DNA of 63,791 nucleotides, filler included, from Salisapilia sapeloensis CBS 127946 (Eukaryota > Protista > Oomycota), in NCBI GenBank assembly GCA_023334545.1. It is 6 parts of 6 records of this genome, joined end to end, with 100 filler letters (N's around TTAATTAATTAA, not from the genome) between each part and the next. Parts side by side here need not be neighbours in the genome. Positions count along the whole stretch, not along the records: positions 50,698 to 60,979 come from JAADVB010000447.1; positions 61,080 to 63,791 come from JAADVB010000862.1; 4 more parts are not named here. One strand, 5' to 3'. The notes under the pieces were generated by a model, which worked only from the letters and a program-made list of their open reading frames with translations, made no database searches and was not told where the DNA came from. Position 1 is the stretch's first letter; the number at the start of each line of letters is the position of its first letter. Shown here piece by piece: positions 56,325 through 63,791 of this stretch. The position numbers and the translations under genes are program-made.

Positions 56325-57743
56325 ATGCTCGCCCGACAGGCCCTTCGTTCCGCTACCAAGCGTCTATCCACTACTAAAGTGTATGTCTCCCTCTTTTATA
56401 CTTGTATGACCATCCGTACCATCGACCCGCTTGATGCGTTCTAGGACGTCCAGTCGCCAGATCGGCTACTTGTCATCCCTCCCGGAGGAGCATGAAATGC
56501 TTCGTGACATGTGCCGCCAGTACGCGGACAAGTCGCTCATCCCGGTTGCTGGGAAGTTGGATAAAGAGCACAAGTTCCCAGCCGAGCAGATCAAGGAGAT
56601 TGGTGAGATGGGACTCATGGGCGTCGCTGTGAGTGACGAATACGGTGGTGCTGGGTTAGACTACCTGGCATATGCTATTGCCATGGAAGAGATCTCTCGT
56701 GGATGTGCTTCCACTGGTGTCATCATGAGCGTTAATAACGTACTTGTGTCACTTTATATACAGATGTAGCAAAGATACTTACAAAGATCTTCTAGTCACT
56801 GTACTGTGCTCCTGTGGAGAAATTCGGAACGCCGGAACAGAAAGTGAGTAGTAGAAACGTATCTATATCCACCTTGCACATGTACTCAAGGCAAGATACC
56901 CTCTAGGAAGCGCACTTGACGTCATTCGCGTCCGGCCAACAGCTCGGTGCTTTTGCTCTGAGCGAACCAGGCAACGGAAGTGACGCTGGCGCTGCGTCCA
57001 CGACTGCCAAAGCGACGTCCAGTGGATATGTCTTAAATGGCACCAAGGCTTGGATCTCCAATGCCCATGAAGCCGATCAATTCGTGGTGTTCGCAACGAC
57101 GGACAAGTCACTCAAACACAAGGGCATCAGTGCTTTTATCGTCCCGAAGGGCGCCAGTGGGTTCTCCCTTGGAAAGAAGGAAGACAAGCTTGGTATCCGC
57201 GCTTCTTCCACATCCAATTTGATCTTTGAAGACTGTGAGATCCCGAAAGAGAATCTGCTTGGAAAGGAAGGGGATGGTTTCAAAATCGCCATGGTGACGT
57301 TGGACGGTGGCCGCATCGGTGTCGCTGGGCAGGCATTGGGCATTGCCCAAGCGTCCTTAGACTGTGCCATTGACTACGCACATACGCGTAAAACCTTTGG
57401 CGAACCGCTTGCGAAGAATCCGATCATCCAGTCGAAACTATCCAACATGGCTACGGAACTCGAGGCGGCGAGACTGCTCACGTGGCATGCGGCAGCCGAG
57501 AAAGATGCTGGTAAACCGTACTCGAAACAAGCAGCCATGGCGAAACTCAAGGCGTCGGAAGTGGCCACCATGTGCTCCCATCAAGCCATCCAGATCCTTG
57601 GCGGCATGGGCTACGTTTCGGAGATGCCGGCGGAACGCCACTACCGCGATGCCCGGATCACGGAAATTTACGAAGGCACTTCGGAAATCCAGCACCTGGT
57701 TATCGCTGGAGCCCTTAACAAGGAATATGCTCAGACGCATTAG
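56325..57743 (+). CDS. ACADS: Short-chain acyl-CoA dehydrogenase, mitochondrial, 4 exons
   Basis: Arg-rich transit peptide, [33 protein letters not shown] and [17 protein letters not shown]. Confidence 0.93.
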
Positions 57744-58727
57744 CAGAAAGAATTCGAATACACAAACATCCTTTTAAAAACGACCTTACGTTTGGACTAA
57801 GAAGGATCGCCAACTGTGTCGAACAATATAGAGTCCGATGAGATGGCGCCACTGTCAGCCCTGTCCGATCTCTATATTAGATCGGAGTAACGTTCTAGCT
57901 ATCTACCACGCAGGTATGTTTCAAGTATCTGAGACCGAAACAGAAGATATGGAAACCTGGCAAAGTATATTTCAACGGGAGCTGTTGATTCAATGCACAA
58001 TGCATTCAGTTGCGTACGACTACACTCAAGCTTTCTTTCATAAAACTTCCACCGGCAACGCATACAAAGGGACCATCCGCTTGATTTTCTTTCGAGCAGA
58101 TTTTGCGTTCGTCGAGACCGAAGGCTTTACGATCGTGCGATCGCTGAGATTGTTGAACCCATGCTCTGACTGCAATTAAGGATGAACCAACTCGTGTGCG
58201 TCTTCTCGTTCTAATCCTCAATGTGTCCTTCATTGTGCTATGTGATCGACCATTACTGGTATCGATGTACATGAGCCTTTAGTGCTTTCAAGTTGCGATC
58301 GAAAGCTTACCAACAGGTCATAAGAAAGTGTTTAATGGATCATTCCTACGGTCGTCTGGACGACAGAGTTTTTTCGCGTGCGAACGAGGAGAAACTCGTC
58401 CAGAGCGAATCGGCCATCTAGCTCTAAGCAAATGGACGATGCCACGAGATTCTATCTTTTTAAACCGCCAATCGCCAACTTGCAGCAGGCTTGTCCATCC
58501 CCTCTACAGATCCATGTGATCGGTCGATAATTGGCGTTTAGTATGGAAATGGACCGACCGAAAACGAAAGTTTGTGATCCCAACAGCGTCGTGCCTTATC
58601 AAGAACTATCCAGCCGAAGCTATGACTTCCAACTAGGAAAATTCTCAAACAGCAACTGGCTACCTCGATCATCACAGGAGGGCATTCACAATTGAAAACT
58701 CTTACGACTACTCAAGTGCCTTCCAGC

Positions 58728-59927
58728 ATGAATACGCAACACGAACAACAATTCCTTGAGTCAGATTCACCAGTTGGTGAGCCTCTGACAAACGACCAAC
58801 TCTGCGAAGAGGTCTCACCAATTGATTATTTTGGTGTCAATCTGTCAGAGTATGATATAAATCTGTGCAGTACACTGGACGGCGCAGAAATGTGCTTCGA
58901 CGCTTGGCAAGCAAACTTTGGTCAGCTGCTTGATCAACCCCAGGACATGGCTTCTACTGATGTCCACGCGCTACCAAGCGATGTGCCTGGAAGCACACTT
59001 CCAGTTGTAAAGGGTAAATCGCCGGGTAACGTTTCTACTTCCGAGAGCGACAATGATAAAAAGAATAAGCGTAAAAACCAAACAAACGCAAACTCCAGAA
59101 AGTATCGTAAAACCCAAAGAGAAACTTTGAACTATCTGAAGGAACGAGTGCCGGAATTGGAACAAGAGAAACAGCGGCTTAAAGAGGATTTTGAAGAAAG
59201 TATTCGCAGTTTGCAACAGCAGCTGGACAGTCTGAAGGATGCACAAAAGCTTGAGATCAAGACCTCTGGCTTCTGCTGTAACATCGATGGCATTGTCGAA
59301 GAGACCAAGCATCACTTGAACTGGATCTCTTCTGCTCAAGAAGTACCAAAGGCATCGGTAAAAACTTGCGGTTGGCTCATTACATTTTGGATGCAAGATT
59401 GCAAACTCATTTCGAAAGCTACCAAAGTGATTCAAAATGTCAAGGCATTGGATGCAGCATGGGTGCTGTACTACAACAATGAGCAGCAATGCCCTCACAT
59501 GCAGGTTGAGACATGCTCTTACGCTATCACTCACAAAGTGAACAACTCTGTCCGAATCATAAAAGCGATCAAGCGCGTACCGGGGCAGAAACCTGTCAAC
59601 TCAAAAGATGTAGAGTTCATAGCCAAAGATGAACTCTCGGAGACACGTGCGCGATGGATGGTTGGGTCAAGAGTCATGATGACACCCACATGTGGCGAAA
59701 TGGTATGTACACCATATTCTAATGGCTACCTATTGGAAGATTCTACCGCCGGATGTGCTGTTCAAGCCATAACAATCTACGAATATAATGCGAATTGCTC
59801 GCTCGATATGATGCTTAAGTTGGCGGGGGCTGCTAACATCGGTGTCTCTGCGTGGGAGTCACATTTGCTTTCGACTGCATACGAATGTAGCAGCTTCGAT
59901 TATATGGACTTGCAGATCCCGTTTTAA
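58728..59927 (+). CDS. Oomycete-type bZIP transcription factor with putative START-like C-terminal domain
   Basis: Basic region KKNKRKNQTNANSRKYRK followed by the zipper LNYLKERVPELEQEKQRL. The ORF track starts at a TTG (58692), and the first ATG is at 58728. Confidence 0.7.
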   Translation: MNTQHEQQFLESDSPVGEPLTNDQLCEEVSPIDYFGVNLSEYDINLCSTLDGAEMCFDAWQANFGQLLDQPQDMASTDVHALPSDVPGSTLPVVKGKSPGNVSTSESDNDKKNKRKNQTNANSRKYRKTQRETLNYLKERVPELEQEKQRLKEDFEESIRSLQQQLDSLKDAQKLEIKTSGFCCNIDGIVEETKHHLNWISSAQEVPKASVKTCGWLITFWMQDCKLISKATKVIQNVKALDAAWVLYYNNEQQCPHMQVETCSYAITHKVNNSVRIIKAIKRVPGQKPVNSKDVEFIAKDELSETRARWMVGSRVMMTPTCGEMVCTPYSNGYLLEDSTAGCAVQAITIYEYNANCSLDMMLKLAGAANIGVSAWESHLLSTAYECSSFDYMDLQIPF

Positions 59928-60979
59928 GTCGACGGTGCAGCTACTTGGGCAGTCCGCACCACCAAGACTCTGTTTAATGAAGTTACATACATAAAAATGC
60001 ATACGTTGTTCAATAATCTTGTTCAAAGTATTCTGCGAGCAATCTCCTGAAGCCTGTGATAAAATAAGATACCATGCTCATAGGAGTTACAGAGTCTTGT
60101 TTGTTGTTAAACGATAAACTTACAAATTACGAAATCATGCATACAGTCGCTAGAGATGGTCTATCTGAATACACACTATAGATTTCTGTTTGGTGCCGAC
60201 TGCTCTGTGTTACTTTTATAAACGAAATCATCTCTTTTGCATTGGTAGTTTGTTCACAATTTATCCAGGGTGAACGCATCGAAAGCGTTATATGTGCCTG
60301 TCTACAAGTAGCATCAGCGAGAAATTTTGTTGATAAGATTACATTCCACACCTCAAGTCTTCCTCAAGTTACTGATAGTGGTCTGGGTGAGACGTGTCCA
60401 GGTCCCAAATGTGGAGGAAAATGCTAAAGCAGGATGGCTTGCTCGTCGCCATGAAGCATGCTTCACGTCTTATAGAAGATCAAAGGCAATTCTTTGTGAT
60501 GTCGGTATATGCCAAGATAATCAAATCTAGATGTACGCGACTCTCTCGATAGAGTCTTGGGTAAGTAGTTAATGCATTCATAGTAAAAATGTGGAATTCC
60601 TGTTTCGTTTGCTACAGATCTATCGTTTCCACTGTTCTAGCTCTCGAAACCAAACCAGAGTATTGGACCTAAGTACATTCCTAAAAACGCAAGCACGATA
60701 GAAGTACAACGGTTTAAAACAATTTGGTATGCATGCAAAAATCTTCATTTCAAGCGACGTGATCAAGCCGACTTTATTCTACTTGTTAGCACATCTATCA
60801 TAACATATGAGAAAGCTTACGCAGGGACCACAGTAACAAGCGTATATAACACGTCGTTTGCACGCTGATACGACGAACATTCTTTCGCGCAGCCTTGGTA
60901 GCTTCCGATTGACCTGATCGTCGATACGACAATTGCCATCGAAACGTCGCGACTCCACAAGATCGAAATCGTTCATGGA

Positions 60980-61079
60980 NNNNNNNNNNNNNNNNNNNNN
61001 NNNNNNNNNNNNNNNNNNNNNNNTTAATTAATTAANNNNNNNNNNNNNNNNNNNNNNNNNNNNNNNNNNNNNNNNNNNN
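60980..61079. other. Artificial contig linker
   Basis: N44-TTAATTAATTAA-N44. Confidence 0.99.
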
Positions 61080-61220
61080 CAATCGCGCGCCGACCTCACA
61101 GCCATAGTCGGTGTCGATAAAAACTGTACCTATCCGAGAAACCCGATCTAGAACAGGCGTTCGACGCCCAAGATACAGCGTCTCCTAGGTAGAACAGAAA
61201 TTTCAAGAAGGGTATCCTAC
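61080..61220. repeat. Left 141-bp inverted repeat of contig C6
   Basis: Exact reverse complement of 63651-63791. Confidence 0.97.
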
Positions 61221-63650
61221 AAGTGCGCAATGGTGATATTAAAACTCGGTACGATGTTTTTATCTTAGTCTATAGCACAGTCGAAGTTAAGTGAATCGCG
61301 TTGCGACCTCATGTTGCGCAAGACTAGGATACTCCTGCTATCTGAATCCTTTGCAATGCTTTAACGTATCTGATGTTGCTGTCTGTGAAACACGAGATCG
61401 TAGAACGCGTTATCGATGTCTATACATGGTGCTGGCTTCAATAATTCAGTTTGTATAAAGTTGGCGTGCAGCATGTGATCTGTTCGTAGATCGTAGTCAG
61501 CTTCCGGTTCAAGGAAAATGGCACTTTGCGTCTCATCGACTTAATGCTATCTTAAAAGACAAAACGCTGTGACAAAATTTAATGTTGACACGCGACAGCC
61601 GCAGCTACTTCACTACATTCAGCTCTCACCATGGATGGTTATTTCTATCTGAATATGCACTAGAGCCGACAGACAGAACAAGGCTTCGAGTTGCCATGAA
61701 GTAAAGCATAGCTGGCTTAGAGCAAGCTGGCAATTCATCGACTCTAGACTTTGTATATGAATTGTTATCGACGCTCTTCCATACGTATTGACTAGTCAGG
61801 GTCACGCATTGCATCACGATATATCAACATAGCACTTGTAGGGAAAGGTAGTTTATTTGCACAAACATTCGTTGCAATGAAAGCTCCCTCTATGGTCGTA
61901 GCTGGACACCACAGTAGAATTTGCTGGCTGTAGGAATGTCGTATCCGTGTCAAGATATCAGTTGAAGTTGCACGGTAGTACGCGATCGCGTCCATCAGTG
62001 TGAGGTGTTAAATGAGTTATCATGAGAATCAAAGGATGAAATGGAAACAGAGGCAGCGTACTGCACTTCGTATAGCTTTGTGCCTATCAACAGCAATGCC
62101 TTGCGCACTAATGATGATTATAGTTGCTTGTGTAGCCTTTAGTCATTGAAAACCTTTCGGATCAAGCGTATAATGATGCCATATCTTACTTTGAAGTTGT
62201 GTAGATATGACCGAAACAATTCTTACTATCCGGTATCTAATCTTCTGCAAAACTTGGTCGTCGTCAGCATGCCCTCATTGTATTTAAACTTTGCCTTGGG
62301 CATATTGCGAGGGGGCGCGATGAAAGCTAGTTACAGCACAAACGTATTTACTTTTAAGTAGAATTTCTATTTGCTCTCTGTCGCCAATCAGGATAGTATT
62401 CCCAAGGAAAATTACAGGCGAAGGCGGACGAATAGCACTCTGTAGTGTCAGCAAACAAATTTCTTTTTCTACGGTATCCACTTATGAACTGCCCACGAGA
62501 CTTCTACTAAGCTCGGTCGCCGCAGACGAAGACTGGACGCATATGAGCTTTGTAATAGCCAAAGCTAATCGTGATACCAATTCTTGCAACTCTACTTGTG
62601 AAATATTTACTTGCGTTGATTACTGAAAGCCGTGGCGTCACTGCCTTCACGGGGAACTCCGTATTTTAGGTGCCCTGACGTATTTACAGGATACAGATCA
62701 TATACAGCAGAAAGATAGAAAGATAGATACGCTGTAAGGATATGGTCCAATGCTATCACCTGTAAGCTTATGAATCACTATGAAGAGATTGCTATGGCTG
62801 TCTGACTGTGCAAATGCCAAGCAGTCAGGATATTTAGTTAGGATCTTTCGATCCGGACCAAAAGGGTTGGCTGCGTCTACCACAGGCACAGTTTGTTATT
62901 CTGTGAGCCCATTGCGTTCTCCAGATTGCTAACATGGCACACAACTGCAACAAACTTTTCATTCAGATGATCCAAGCTATGCTAATGAGAACTTGAGTCC
63001 AGTTCAAGGTTCACTTGTGTCGATTGTACTACTCATCTGAGCCTACGAAGCGAGCTTACATTCCGTCTCGTTGTTCTTGCACAAAAGCAAGGATAACTGA
63101 ATACGAAGGACAACGCGTAGAGTGGTATCCGCGGGCTTGAATGAGTCGTTAATACGTGCAGGCACGTTAGTCCACTAGCTTCGCATGCCAAATTTTCAAT
63201 TAGTAACAAGGTAGCAAAGTCTTCCCGGCGCTTCAAGCCTCAAACGACAATAAAAACCGCTCCATGCATGTGCAACAACTATCTCAAGGCCGTGATTATA
63301 CAGACTAAAACGATCGCACGTTCCCTACAGAGGTCGTCAGGCCACTTGGAGCCTTGCTAAACTGCTATACTACAGAATGGAAGCATAGATGACCTAGCGT
63401 CAGCGCCTACGTGCGACTTTCTGTACCCTCCGGCGTTATCACAAAATTTTATATGAAGCACGCGTCGATCCCTGCCTGTCTTTCATCCTTCCAGCCGCCG
63501 ATGCATACATCTTACACATCTCCTAGCGAATTCCACGTAGATACTGTATGCACATGTAACTCGCCACCTCTACTTTTTTCAAAGCGAGCAACTGCTTTTA
63601 TCACTTCACGATAAACGCGTAGGACACTCTCCTCCGGATAAAACAAGACG

Positions 63651-63791
63651 GTAGGATACCCTTCTTGAAATTTCTGTTCTACCTAGGAGACGCTGTATCT
63701 TGGGCGTCGAACGCCTGTTCTAGATCGGGTTTCTCGGATAGGTACAGTTTTTATCGACACCGACTATGGCTGTGAGGTCGGCGCGCGATTG
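63651..63791. repeat. Right 141-bp inverted repeat of contig C6
   Basis: Exact reverse complement of 61080-61220. Confidence 0.97.

Noticed and set aside
62284-62481. ILIGDREQI resembling SF1 helicase motif III (viral or Helitron relic)
   Set aside because: No Walker A or B motif at the expected spacing. A single short match in degenerate DNA.
1-63791. CRISPR arrays, rRNA or tRNA genes, prokaryotic operons or defence systems
   Set aside because: No regularly spaced direct repeats or RNA-gene signatures were seen, and the genes have spliceosomal introns. Functional clustering across contigs (for example RPT1, Kelch, RMND5) is not interpretable because contig order is artificial.

Overview
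Eukaryotic nuclear DNA, most likely an oomycete with a flagellated stage. Evidence: short (about 50-75 nt) GT-AG introns, an oomycete-type Inr/FPR promoter motif, an oomycete-type bZIP and a ciliary RPGRIP1L homolog. The window is six contigs joined by five artificial 100-bp linkers (N44-TTAATTAATTAA-N44), so adjacency across linkers is meaningless: C1 1-17693, C2 17794-42118, C3 42219-47393, C4 47494-50597, C5 50698-60979, C6 61080-63791. C1, C2 and C5 are gene-dense. They carry housekeeping genes (RPT1, TFB2, eIF4E, SQT1/AAMP, RCE1, RMND5, Rab3GAP1, ACADS, NIPA, CC2D1, RPGRIP1L-like) and accessory genes (lipase, bacterial-PH protein, GPI surface protein, DUF2807, arrestin-like tandem array, bZIP). 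C3 is a Ty3/Gypsy chromovirus, C4 a degraded L1-like LINE, and C6 degenerate DNA bounded by inverted repeats. Best candidate for an undescribed system: the chromovirus carries an intact 339-aa antisense gene overlapping its integrase-linker/chromodomain frame, preceded by its own CCAAT boxes and a consensus oomycete Inr-FPR core promoter. Second: a 103-aa stand-alone ANP32E-type H2A.Z-interaction-motif protein head-to-head with RPT1. No rRNA, tRNA or CRISPR array was recognised. All family assignments come from motif recognition by eye, not database searches.
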